A stretch of DNA of 64,000 bases from Candidatus Latescibacterota bacterium (lineage in GTDB: Bacteria > Latescibacterota > UBA2968 > SICM01): positions 2,912,001 to 2,976,000 of the forward strand of contig CBDCJO010000002.1 in assembly GCA_965217865.1 (NCBI GenBank). Reading direction: 5' to 3'. The notes under the pieces were generated by a model. It was not told where the DNA came from, made no database searches, and saw only the letters and a list, made by a program, of their open reading frames with translations. Within the stretch, counting starts at the first letter, position 1, and each line of letters begins with the position of its first letter. The position numbers and the translations under genes were made by a program. Of this stretch, positions 52,592 through 62,034 are shown one piece after another.

Positions 52592-53836
52592 ATGGCACTA
52601 AAGCTGATCGGCCGCCAATTCGTTGGTTTTGAACGGGCGTTTTTGAGACAGGCAAAGACCTTCGTCGAAGCAGGCGGGACCGAGGTTGTGACGGAGTTCC
52701 TTGAGGTCGAAGATCTTTACGACCGGATGGTGTCCCGGAAGGGCTGTCTGGCCGCCGATTTTGACCTGATTCTGGCTGTCACAGACTGGTATCCGACGCT
52801 AATCGCACAGGGAGCCCTGGTCCCGCTGGATCCATTGCTTAAAGCGGATCCGCCGCAGGATTGGGAAAGGGGGGGCTGGACGGAAAGTATGTTGACGCTC
52901 CAACGGGAGGACCAGCCCTCGGGTTCGGGCGGAGGGATCTACGGCCTGCCTTATCATGACGGCCCGGAGATGTTGATATTTCGCAGGGACCTGTTCGAAT
53001 CGGAAAGGGAACAGAAGGATTTCGAGGACCGCTTCGGCCGGGCGCTGGAACCTCCGAAGACGTGGGGTGATTTTCTAGAGGTTGCAAAGTTCTTTACACG
53101 TCCCGACGAGGGACTCCACGGTACCATCCAGGCCGCTTTCCCGGACGCTCATAACATTATTTATGATTTCTTTCTTCATCTTTGGACGCGCGGAGGAGAG
53201 GTCCTGGATTCCTCCGGCAAGCCAGCGTTTCAAAGCCAGATCGGGGTGCAAGCGCTCACTTTCTTGAAAGATTTGGTGCACACTCACCGCGTGACGCCCG
53301 CGGACTGCGCTGAGATAGACAGTGTGGAATCCGGAACAAGATTTGCGGCGGGCAATGTGGCGATGATGGTAAACTGGATGGGATTCGCCGCGTTTGCAGA
53401 TTTGGATGAAAGCAGCAGGGTTCGGAAGAAGGTGGGCGGAGGGCTTGTTCCAGCGGGCGAGGGACCCGGGGGGGCCGGCTGCAGCCTGAATATCTACTGG
53501 TGTCTTTCTATTCCTGCGGGATCTCGGGACCCCGAGAATGCTTACCGGTTCATGAAGTGGTGCGCCCGCCCGGATATGGACCTGATTACCTCCGAAGAGG
53601 GCGGGACGGGTGTGCGAAGAAGCACGTGGCGCACGTGTGCGGAACAGGGGGTTGCGGGGTATGCAGAGATGGAGGCGCTGCACGATCACGCGCGTCATCT
53701 CCCACGGGTACCCGCATTCGGTGGGATGAGCGAGATCCTGAACGAACATTTGGACAAGGCTCTGAACAAGGGCGCCGATGTTGAAACGGAATTGCGGCGC
53801 GCGGCTGAGCGGTGCGGGGAACTGCTTAAATATTGA
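52592..53836 (+). CDS. Sugar-type solute-binding protein homolog (no evident signal peptide)
   Basis: YGLPYHDGPEML.FRRDLF, PKTW.DF.EVAKFFT, GNVAMMVNW. Confidence 0.8.
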   Translation: MALKLIGRQFVGFERAFLRQAKTFVEAGGTEVVTEFLEVEDLYDRMVSRKGCLAADFDLILAVTDWYPTLIAQGALVPLDPLLKADPPQDWERGGWTESMLTLQREDQPSGSGGGIYGLPYHDGPEMLIFRRDLFESEREQKDFEDRFGRALEPPKTWGDFLEVAKFFTRPDEGLHGTIQAAFPDAHNIIYDFFLHLWTRGGEVLDSSGKPAFQSQIGVQALTFLKDLVHTHRVTPADCAEIDSVESGTRFAAGNVAMMVNWMGFAAFADLDESSRVRKKVGGGLVPAGEGPGGAGCSLNIYWCLSIPAGSRDPENAYRFMKWCARPDMDLITSEEGGTGVRRSTWRTCAEQGVAGYAEMEALHDHARHLPRVPAFGGMSEILNEHLDKALNKGADVETELRRAAERCGELLKY

Positions 53837-53985
53837 GGATTGAATATTTGATATTGATTCGGAGCCTGAGCTGAGCGAACGAAGTGTGCCGAAGGCGCCT
53901 ATAAAGAGGCTGCTTAAATTTTCACCCGATATCACGTGACTTGATGTCACCCGAAGATTTTAATTGTCAACTTGAAGTCTCACCT

Positions 53986-54948
53986 ATGAAAATCCTGATC
54001 ACGGGCATCACAGGACGAATCGGGGCAAATCTCGCGAAGGCCCTTTTGAATGAAGGACATCAGGTCCGGGGTCTCGTTTGGAAAAAGGACCTCAGGATCG
54101 AGAAGCTCCAGGGGCTGGGTGTCGAATTGCAATACGGCAGCGTGACTGAACCGGAGGATGTGGGTCTCGCGGTGGATGGGGCGGCGGCGGTCTACCACCT
54201 GGGGGCGGCATTCCAGGGAGGCGGGCCGTTTACGGCGGCCGACTATTTTGAGATCAACGTCCGGGGTACGTTCAACGTGCTTGAGGCAGCAAGACAGGAG
54301 AAGGGCTTTCGGCAGTTTCTGTTCGCCAGCACGGATGCGGTCTATGAGAAGTACGTGCCCGGGGGGATGGAAGAACCGATACGCGAAGACTTTATTGCCG
54401 TCCGGCCGCGAGGCTGTTATCCTCTTTCCAAGTCACTCGGGGAGGATCTTTGCAAGGGTTACTGGCGAACGTACGATACCCCGATCACGATTCTGAGGTT
54501 TTGTTACGTGGCGGGCGCCGGAGAGATTCTCGAATTTAAACCGTTTTATTTAGCACAGGCACCGGATGGCCGGAAACAGGATGAGGTGCGGCTAGTGGTG
54601 CTTAAGGATTCGAACGGGAGGCCTTACAAAAAGCATATCGCGGATGTGCGGGATATCGTTCAAGGATGTCAGTGCGCCTTGGAGAAATCTGAGGCGATAG
54701 GTGAGGCGTTCCAACTGGCAGGTCCCCGGCCCTTTACGTGGGATGAAGCCGTACCCCATCTCTCAGAGGTCCTGGATATTTCGTACACCGAGGTGATATC
54801 CCCGGAGGTGCCCACTTTTTATGAATTCGATCTTTCGAAATCGCGAGATCTGTTAAATTTCCAACCCCAATATGACATTATTCGGATGATCGATGATGCT
54901 GTGGCCTTTCGAAATGGGGAGGAGATCGGTGTTTTGAGGACGGATTGA
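53986..54948 (+). CDS. NAD-dependent epimerase/dehydratase (extended SDR)
   Basis: ILITGITGRIG, HLGA, ASTDAVY, YPLSK. Confidence 0.88.
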   Translation: MKILITGITGRIGANLAKALLNEGHQVRGLVWKKDLRIEKLQGLGVELQYGSVTEPEDVGLAVDGAAAVYHLGAAFQGGGPFTAADYFEINVRGTFNVLEAARQEKGFRQFLFASTDAVYEKYVPGGMEEPIREDFIAVRPRGCYPLSKSLGEDLCKGYWRTYDTPITILRFCYVAGAGEILEFKPFYLAQAPDGRKQDEVRLVVLKDSNGRPYKKHIADVRDIVQGCQCALEKSEAIGEAFQLAGPRPFTWDEAVPHLSEVLDISYTEVISPEVPTFYEFDLSKSRDLLNFQPQYDIIRMIDDAVAFRNGEEIGVLRTD

Positions 54949-54986
54949 TGTGGTTCAGGGATTTATTTGGAAATCCATAAAATTGT

Positions 54987-55016
54987 TTGAAAAGTGCATC
55001 CGAAATGGTGTATACT
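54987..55016 (+). promoter_or_regulatory. Putative sigma70 promoter
   Basis: TTGAAA-18nt-TATACT. Confidence 0.5.
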
Positions 55017-55019
55017 ATG

Positions 55020-55265
55020 GAGAGCACCCTCGCCCGGGATGGCGGGGGTCTTCCAATCAAGCGGAAAGAGTAAGAAACTGTTACAATCATCTGTGTTTGA
55101 AAGGAGGCGGATTTCGATGAGGGAGCAAATCCGAGACAGTAAAGACGGCATATCGCATCCGCCTCTAGAGAGGGATTGACGGATCTTCCGACTTTTGGAT
55201 CTTTGACATAGTTCTGGATGCAGATCCTCTGGAGCCGCGGGTGAGCTACGCCCGGCGGTTTTTTT
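55020..55265 (+). ncRNA. Candidate structured leader/sRNA containing a 20-aa micro-ORF (55117..55179)
   Basis: Promoter, 5' hairpin, SD-sequestering helix (GAGGCGGAT/ATCCGCCTC) and terminator at 55233-55265; family not recognised. Confidence 0.35.
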
Positions 55266-55308
55266 GTTGCCTTGATGAAATCCAATTCCGGAGGAGAGCA
55301 ACGGTTCT

Positions 55309-55719
55309 ATGTATAATCCTGATTTTTGGGAGATCCCAATCGATAACGCGGAATTAGAACAGTTTCCGAACGAGGCCGGTGCCTGGTTCGAATCCGGGGA
55401 GGAACGGGGGGGACGATATGGATGGGAGGACCAGGTCCGTAACCTGATTGCTTTGCTGATGGATAGGATCTCTGAGTCGTTGACGCAGAGACAACGGGAG
55501 GCGATCGTTTTATACTTTCTCCACCGGAAGACCCAGCAGGAGACGGCGGAAATCCTAGGGATTTCGAGGCGGGTCCTCGGTCAACACCTCTTCGGGATCT
55601 TCCGGAACGGCAAACGGGTCGGTGGGGCCATCAAGAAGATCCAAAAATTATGTTCGAAACGGGGAATCGATATCCCGGGCAGGCATGTGAATGCCGGATC
55701 TCATGATCCGGTCTGCTGA
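55309..55719 (+). CDS. Stand-alone sigma-70 region 4-type HTH protein
   Basis: LTQRQREAIVLYF..KTQQETAEILGISRR..GAIKKIQK; no region 2. Confidence 0.8.
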   Translation: MYNPDFWEIPIDNAELEQFPNEAGAWFESGEERGGRYGWEDQVRNLIALLMDRISESLTQRQREAIVLYFLHRKTQQETAEILGISRRVLGQHLFGIFRNGKRVGGAIKKIQKLCSKRGIDIPGRHVNAGSHDPVC

Positions 55720-55882
55720 CGGTTGGAGACCCCGAGTGGGTTCGAACCGGCCGTCGGCAGCATCCCGCGAAGAGCTGCCGCGGAAGCGAATCGCGAAAAT
55801 CAGAAAGGAGGTGGTTGCATGCAGTCAACCACAAGGAGGTGGGTCGTCTGATCTGATCAGGCGATTCATCTCACACAGTGGA

Positions 55883-55918
55883 CCCGGACGCCTCTACCAG
55901 AGGTGTCCGGGATTTTTT
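55883..55918 (+). terminator. Intrinsic terminator
   Basis: CCCGGACGCCTCT-ACC-AGAGGTGTCCGGG then ATTTTTT. Confidence 0.75.
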
Positions 55919-55934
55919 ATGGGTATTAAGCTCC

Positions 55935-57354
55935 TCAATACCCTCGATTCCCCGGGATCACGCCGAGTTCCTCTCGAAGTTGCGTGCATTTCCGTTCCCA
56001 CGCATCGATCCGATCCTGCATCTGGCATACCCAGGAAGGCTCCGATCCGGAACCATCGTTCAATACGTTGCACAGTTCTTTGGGATCGATCCTCAGATCG
56101 TAGGCTTCGTCTCCGTACTGATCGTCACGCAGATAAGAATAATCGGCGGTGCGGCCCGCCTGAACCAGGCTCTTTCGCCGACCCGACTCGAAAGTCCCTG
56201 TGGGTAAGGTGGTCTTAAGTTGCCCGTGGTAGTCTCCAACTTGGGCGAATACGCAGTCGTGCAACGGGTCTTCCGTCCCCTCTTCGATCCATTCGATGAG
56301 ATCCTTACCCTGCGCGTAGTGCGGAATCTCAAGATCGGCGATGCGCAGCATCGTGGTGAAGCAATCGACGGTGCTGACGAGGCCGTCGATGCGTCTGTTA
56401 CGCGGTGCGTTTGATCCAGTGGGTGCGGCGATGATAAGCGGTACGTGAGTCAGGCATTCGTATGGCACTTCGCATTTCTCGAAGAGGCCTTTCTCGGACA
56501 TAAAGTCCCCATGGTCTGACGCGAAGACGATCCACGTATCGTCCAACAACCCCTTTTTGGACAGGATCTGGTAAAGACGCTCCATCTGTGTGTCGACATA
56601 GGCGATCATGCCGTAGTAGACCGCTACGATTTTTTTCAGATCGTAGTCGTTCGCAGAAGATAGGCTTATCTCCTCCAGCGCCTGAAGCTGCCAGGCCGGC
56701 CTACCCGGGCCACCCCCCTTGGTTCGGCAGTTTTATCCCGGCAGGATCGACCAGGGAGTCGAATGGGGGCGGGACAAAATATGGCGGGTGCGGGTCGTTG
56801 AAAGATATATGAATGAAAAACGGGGCTCCGGCCTTGACCGCATCGTCGATCATCTCGACGGCCCGGTTTCCCAGGATGGCCGAATGGCCCTGGTCGGCAG
56901 GACAGTTCAATCCCCCGGCCGACCAGCCGCAGTCGCTGCGTCCGTGGGAGTACTTATACTCCAGGGCTTCGTGGAGTTCGCCCGCTTCCCTTAGGTCGGC
57001 CTGGACGTGCCACCCCCGACCCAGGTCGCGTCCCTGTTCGAAGTGGCCGGCTGCTGCCGTGTAATAACCATCCGCAGCGAATAGCTCAGGGAGTTGGGGC
57101 AGATTCCACGGCGCTTTGTTCTGCCAGCACGTGACCTGGTGCACGAGCGGATATACACCTGTCATGACAGATGCCCGGCTCGGGGTGCAGATGGTACTGG
57201 CGGTATAAGCTTGGCCGAAGGTGATTCCCTCGGCGGCCAGTCTCTCGGTGAAAGGGCATGAAATTAAGGGATTGCCGTATACACTCGTGGCCGACGCCTT
57301 CTGCTGGTCAGCAGTTAAATAGAGGATGTTGGGACGCGGATTTGTGTGGGCCAT
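55935..57354 (-). pseudogene. Formylglycine-type sulfatase with a single frameshift near 56705 (possibly a sequencing error)
   Basis: RPNILYLTADQ, CTPSRASVMTG (CxPxR), DPHPPY; after one extra base in CCCGGG the frame continues RPAWQLQALEE...YYGMIAYVD, ASDHGD, HVPLII. Confidence 0.8.
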
Positions 57355-57461
57355 GGATCACGCTCTACCGGTATGGAAATGGCAAAGTGCAAAGTAAACA
57401 ATGAAAAATGATCGTCCTTTTGCCTGTTCTTCCCTATGAGGCCATCCCAGAGGAAACGGGG

Positions 57462-57767
57462 TCAATTTTCATTTTTTACAATTTTTCCCCTGGCTTGAGA
57501 GGCAAAACCGGAGACATTGTGGATATGGACGTGGTCCCCTGCGTGAATGTCATCAGCGGCTCTTCCGATCCTATGGCCGAACTTGATCACGTTATCTCCC
57601 TTGGGGATGTCCCGGAGGGCGATTTTGTGACCGGCCGGTATGGTCGTGTTTGCCTGAATACGGGAACGCTTGGATCCAAGGACGATTTCCGTGGAATCCC
57701 CGGGATCCAGGGGATCGACGCTCATGGCGACGTTGTCATCTGGATGGATGGCGATGGACAGGTGCAT
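57462..57767 (-). CDS. SAF-domain subunit of a UxaA/SuyA-type dehydratase
   Basis: IHPDDNVA, IPAGHKIALRDI..G..VIKFG..IG.A..DI.AGDHVHIHNV; ATG directly after the upstream stop. Confidence 0.88.
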   Translation of the reverse strand: MHLSIAIHPDDNVAMSVDPLDPGDSTEIVLGSKRSRIQANTTIPAGHKIALRDIPKGDNVIKFGHRIGRAADDIHAGDHVHIHNVSGFASQARGKIVKNEN

Positions 57768-57768
57768 G

Positions 57769-58974
57769 TCAGAAGATGTCGTAGCGGATAGAGATCTCCT
57801 GGACACCGATTCGTCCGAGGACCTCAGTGGCGGTAAGCCGTCCCGAAGCGGTTCGTCTCACCAGGTTGAAGATCTCTTCACCAAGCTGGTCGACGGATTT
57901 CTCTCCTCTTGCGATGGGTTCGGCATCGAAGTCTGCGGCGCTTGTGACCTCCCGTGCGTATCGGGTGCTGCTGATGATCTTCAGGAGGGGCAAAACGGGA
58001 AAGGCGGTGTCCGTGCCCATCATGATGGGCGTACGGTTGGTGGGCCCGGAACCTGAGGTGCCGATCACAAGCTGTGTCCCGGCCGCGGCGGCTCCACTGA
58101 ACACCCGGCTTGAGCCCGCGGGGGAATCCATCATGTGGAGGCCCGGAACGGACGGCGCCTGACCGTATTCCAGCATCCCTTTAATCGGATGCGACCCAGC
58201 CTTTATGATGGCACCAAGACTCTTTTCTTCCAGAGTGGTGAGGCCCGACGCGATGTTGGCGGGCACGGGGTCGGCCCCTCCGATGTCGAGGCCGAGGGCT
58301 TCGATTCTGTTCCTGAGATCCTGGACCAATTCCTGGATCTGGTTAGCGATCTCCGGCGTCGCGGCCCGCTCGATCAGCAGGTGTTCGGCCCCGATAATTT
58401 CCGGGGTCTCACACAGGAGAACCGTTCCTCCGGCATCGATCAGCCGGTCCATGGCCGCCCCGCATGCGGGATTTGCAGTGAGGGCGGAAAGAGTGTCAGA
58501 ACCCGCGCATTTGACTGCGACGGTGAGATCTCCCTCGGCACAGGGTTCGCGATTCTTCTCGGAGAGATCCTGGGTCATTTTCGAGGCCAAGCTCACCCCT
58601 TCCTCCACGGCGCGGTAGAGGCCCCCGAGTTTGTCCACATCGAGGTATTCGACAGGTTTTCCTATGGCACCGAGGCCGTCCAGGATCCGATCTGTTGGGA
58701 GCATGCCGTAACCGATATCCACCAGGACTGCGGCGCCGACATTCGGGTTTCGAATCCAGCCCCTGAGTACCCGGACGATACGGTCCTGATCCGGGGCGAG
58801 ATGACCGATTCCCTGTTTGTAGAGGAGGGGGACCGCACCGGAAACCTCATCGGCGATGCGTGAGACGATGGGATTGACGGCCACTTCGACAGATATAATC
58901 GCGACGTGGTTGCGGATGCCGGGAGGTCCGATTTCGCGGTGGTAACCGAGGAAGCCCATAACGATGAGAGACAA
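57769..58974 (-). CDS. UxaA/GarD/SuyB family dehydratase catalytic subunit
   Basis: GIRNHV, NPNVGA, KCAGSD..S.LTANP..G, ETPEIIGAEH, NIASGLTTLEEKSLGAIIKAG. Confidence 0.9.
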   Translation of the reverse strand: MSLIVMGFLGYHREIGPPGIRNHVAIISVEVAVNPIVSRIADEVSGAVPLLYKQGIGHLAPDQDRIVRVLRGWIRNPNVGAAVLVDIGYGMLPTDRILDGLGAIGKPVEYLDVDKLGGLYRAVEEGVSLASKMTQDLSEKNREPCAEGDLTVAVKCAGSDTLSALTANPACGAAMDRLIDAGGTVLLCETPEIIGAEHLLIERAATPEIANQIQELVQDLRNRIEALGLDIGGADPVPANIASGLTTLEEKSLGAIIKAGSHPIKGMLEYGQAPSVPGLHMMDSPAGSSRVFSGAAAAGTQLVIGTSGSGPTNRTPIMMGTDTAFPVLPLLKIISSTRYAREVTSAADFDAEPIARGEKSVDQLGEEIFNLVRRTASGRLTATEVLGRIGVQEISIRYDIF

Positions 58975-59343
58975 CTAACGAAAGATAGAATAGATAAATA
59001 TCTTGGAAGTGAAAAATCTGCGAGAACGCGTTATGGATTTTAACGCTTCACGGAAGGGATAATGAAGATAAGCTATGTATTATCATATAGATTTATACTT
59101 CGAATCGGTTTCGATAGAAAAATTCGAAGGAATATACCTATTTTCAACCGGCTCAATCAAGCAATTTTTACCGTCACTTTCACTGTCGAGTAATATAAGA
59201 GATGGATCAGGGGGGCCGGCAATCGAAGAGGTGATTGGGAAAGGAAAAATTTGGGTTGACAGAATCCAATGCGCCATCGAATTTGTGAGAAGTCCGCAGC
59301 TTCGGATTTCGTGAATCGGGGTCAGAGGGAGAAGCCGAATTAG

Positions 59344-62034
59344 ATGATCACGCAAGAGTTGGAGATCCACGCGCAGGAACGGGGGGGGAAAATCGCCCTT
59401 CAGTTGCGAGGTGAGGACGGCACCGAACAGTTGACCTATAGTGACCTGTGGGGGCGCGTCCGCTCAGCCGCTACTTGCCTGAGCGTTTCGGGGATTTCCA
59501 AGGGGGATCGGGTTGTGCTCTGTGCCGAAAACAGCCTAGAATGGATCATTGCCTATTTGGGGATTCACTTTTCCGGGGCTGTCGTGGTTCCGATAGACGC
59601 GCAGTACGGGATTTCAGAACTGAATAACCTCCTGGAGTTCTCCCGGCCGAAGGCGATGATATTGGACGAAGCGAGGATCGACCAGGCGAGCCTGCGTGAT
59701 AAATCTTTGGTATGGGCCGTGCGGGAACTTTGTCGTCTCTCGACAACCCCGGAATCTTCGGGATTGGACAAAAAATTTGAACCGTATGTCCACGACCCGG
59801 AAGATGTGATGTCCATTGTGTTCTCGTCGGGCACCACGGGAAATCCGAAAGGGATTCAGTTGACGTGTGGAAATATCAACAGCAATATCCATGGAATTGT
59901 GAAAGGAATCTGCATTTCTCCAAGTGACAATATTCTCAATATTCTCCCCCTCCACCATACCTATTCAAATACGTGTGCATTGTTGGCCCCCCTGATGGTC
60001 GGGGCCACCGTCACCCTCTCCTTCTCCCTGAAGGGGTCCGATATAGTTGAAACGATGCAGAAGACCGGCGTGACCATTCTCCCGGGAGTACCCCAACTGT
60101 TTACCCTTTTTGACAGAGCCATTTTCCAAAAGGTCGAAGGATTGGGGATGGTCGGAAAAAGTCTTTTCTGGATATTATACGCCCTATCGAGGTGGGTCCG
60201 TATCGCAACGGGAATCCGCATCGGAAAATTGTTTTTCAAAAAGATTCATCGTCAGTTCGGAAAGCGGTTTCGAATGTGTGTAAGCGGGGGGGCAAAGCTG
60301 GATCGACAGGTTTCCGAGCGATTCCTGAACTTGGGCATCCTGATTCTGGAAGGCTATGGTTTGACGGAAACCTCACCCGTAATTTCTTTCACCCCCGTGT
60401 CGAAACCGAGACCGGGTTCCGTCGGGTGGCCGCTTGAGGAGGTGGAGGTGAGGATCGATCGACCGGATAGAACCGGTGTCGGGGAGATCTGTGTGCGGGG
60501 ACCCAATGTCATGAAAGGATACTTCCAGAACCCTCAGGCCACCGAGGAGGTCCTGCGTGAAGGTTGGTTTCACACCGGAGATTTAGGATATATCGATTCG
60601 GATTCGATGATTCGAATCACCGGTCGGGCAAAGGAGGTCATCGTCCTCCCCTCAGGAAAAAACATCTATCCTGAGGAGGTAGAGGGCCATTACGAGAATA
60701 CTCCCCTTGTGAAAGAGGTTTGCATCCAGCCGATAGCATCGAATGATGGAATGGTCGTGGGACTGCGCGCGATCGTAGTGCCCGACGCCGAGGAGATGGC
60801 CGCCCGAAAGGTCGTGCAGCCCCGCATGCGAGTGCGGGATGAATTGGCCAAAAAAGCAGGGACGCTCCCGAGTTATCTCCGGATCGGAGACCTGGTCCTT
60901 TACGAGGGGCCGTTTCCCCGGACCCGTCTGGGAAAGTTGCGACGCAGTATGATTGCAGACCATGTTTCCCTGAAGAGGTCTTCTGTATCCGTTTCGGGCG
61001 ACCCCGAAATCTCATATGAACAGAAGACAATGATGACCCATCCATCGGTTGAGCGGTTTCTCGGGCGATTCGAAGAAGTGACTGATATCAGAGGGCCCTT
61101 TACACCCTCTCAGGATCTGGAGATCGATCTGGGGTTGGACTCGCTCACCCAGGTTCAGGTCTCCGCGTTGCTCGAACAGGAGTTCGGGGTGGTGATTCCG
61201 GATGATCAAGCGGCTTCGGTCAGAACGATCGGAGATCTCCTCGATCGGATCCTATCGGGCGAGGATCAGGCGTTGGAGGAATCGGATGGAAGGAAAGGGC
61301 GGTTGCGTCGGGAAGATGCCTACGATTGGCAAAGGAGGCTCTCCGAACCGTCCCGACGCCCCCTGGATGTCCAATTTAATATAAGGCGTGGGATTTTTGG
61401 GCGACTCTCGGTCCTGGTGGTGAAGGTTTTTACCTTGGCTTTAGCCCTGTTCGCCCATCAAACCAGACTTGTAGGGAGGGAAAGGCTTCCCGGGACGGGT
61501 CCCTTTCTGATTTGCCCCAATCACCAGAGTTATATCGACCCCCTTTTGATCTATGCCCTTTTCCCGACCCATGTGGTCCAACGGATCTTCTTTGTGGGGT
61601 TCGCAGAGTTCTTTCGGAAGCCTCCGTTGTCCTGGTTGATTCGATTCGGCAGAGTCATTCTGACGGGAGGCGCGGGGATGATTGAGGAGTCTCTCAGGCT
61701 TTCCTATCAAGGGCTCGTAAAAGGGATGGTGGTTTGTACCTTTCCGGAAGGGGGTCTCTCGACCACGGGAGAGGTGGGGAAGCCTTCAATCGGCGCGGGA
61801 ATCCTTTCCGTCGAGGCAGGGGTTCCGATCGTGCCCGTCCTGATTCAAGGAGCTGTTAATTCGCTCTCCAATTTGCGTCCCGGATTCAGGTTCTGTAAAA
61901 TTCGCATCGTGGTCGGTTCTCCCCTTTGGCCCCCTGCCCATAGGGAAGGGACAGAAACCCATACATATCAAGAAATGGTCGACAGGTGGTACCGGGCCAT
62001 CCGAACCATGAAGGGAGAGAAAGAGGGTAGATGA
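59344..62034 (+). CDS. Long-chain acyl-CoA synthetase / ACP / PlsC acyltransferase fusion
   Basis: SSGTTGNPKG, EGYGLTETSP, WFHTGDLG; DLGLDSL phosphopantetheine site; NHQSYID and FPEG acyltransferase motifs. Confidence 0.9.
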   Translation: MITQELEIHAQERGGKIALQLRGEDGTEQLTYSDLWGRVRSAATCLSVSGISKGDRVVLCAENSLEWIIAYLGIHFSGAVVVPIDAQYGISELNNLLEFSRPKAMILDEARIDQASLRDKSLVWAVRELCRLSTTPESSGLDKKFEPYVHDPEDVMSIVFSSGTTGNPKGIQLTCGNINSNIHGIVKGICISPSDNILNILPLHHTYSNTCALLAPLMVGATVTLSFSLKGSDIVETMQKTGVTILPGVPQLFTLFDRAIFQKVEGLGMVGKSLFWILYALSRWVRIATGIRIGKLFFKKIHRQFGKRFRMCVSGGAKLDRQVSERFLNLGILILEGYGLTETSPVISFTPVSKPRPGSVGWPLEEVEVRIDRPDRTGVGEICVRGPNVMKGYFQNPQATEEVLREGWFHTGDLGYIDSDSMIRITGRAKEVIVLPSGKNIYPEEVEGHYENTPLVKEVCIQPIASNDGMVVGLRAIVVPDAEEMAARKVVQPRMRVRDELAKKAGTLPSYLRIGDLVLYEGPFPRTRLGKLRRSMIADHVSLKRSSVSVSGDPEISYEQKTMMTHPSVERFLGRFEEVTDIRGPFTPSQDLEIDLGLDSLTQVQVSALLEQEFGVVIPDDQAASVRTIGDLLDRILSGEDQALEESDGRKGRLRREDAYDWQRRLSEPSRRPLDVQFNIRRGIFGRLSVLVVKVFTLALALFAHQTRLVGRERLPGTGPFLICPNHQSYIDPLLIYALFPTHVVQRIFFVGFAEFFRKPPLSWLIRFGRVILTGGAGMIEESLRLSYQGLVKGMVVCTFPEGGLSTTGEVGKPSIGAGILSVEAGVPIVPVLIQGAVNSLSNLRPGFRFCKIRIVVGSPLWPPAHREGTETHTYQEMVDRWYRAIRTMKGEKEGR

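Noticed and set aside
53863-53897. CCTGAGC...GCCGAAGG REP-like element
   Set aside because: Only one degenerate copy in the window; not enough to support a call.
55120-55150. c-di-GMP-I riboswitch (GCAAA...GACG resemblance)
   Set aside because: Lacks the GGCAAAC...GAAA...GACGCAAAG arrangement and the required stems.
56701-56703. TAG in the sulfatase as pyrrolysine or readthrough
   Set aside because: The downstream homology is in a different frame, so it is a frameshift and not an in-frame stop.
59075-59370. Short ORFs in the AT-rich gap between the UxaA-family gene and the acyl-CoA synthetase
   Set aside because: No motifs or SD; more likely a divergent promoter region.
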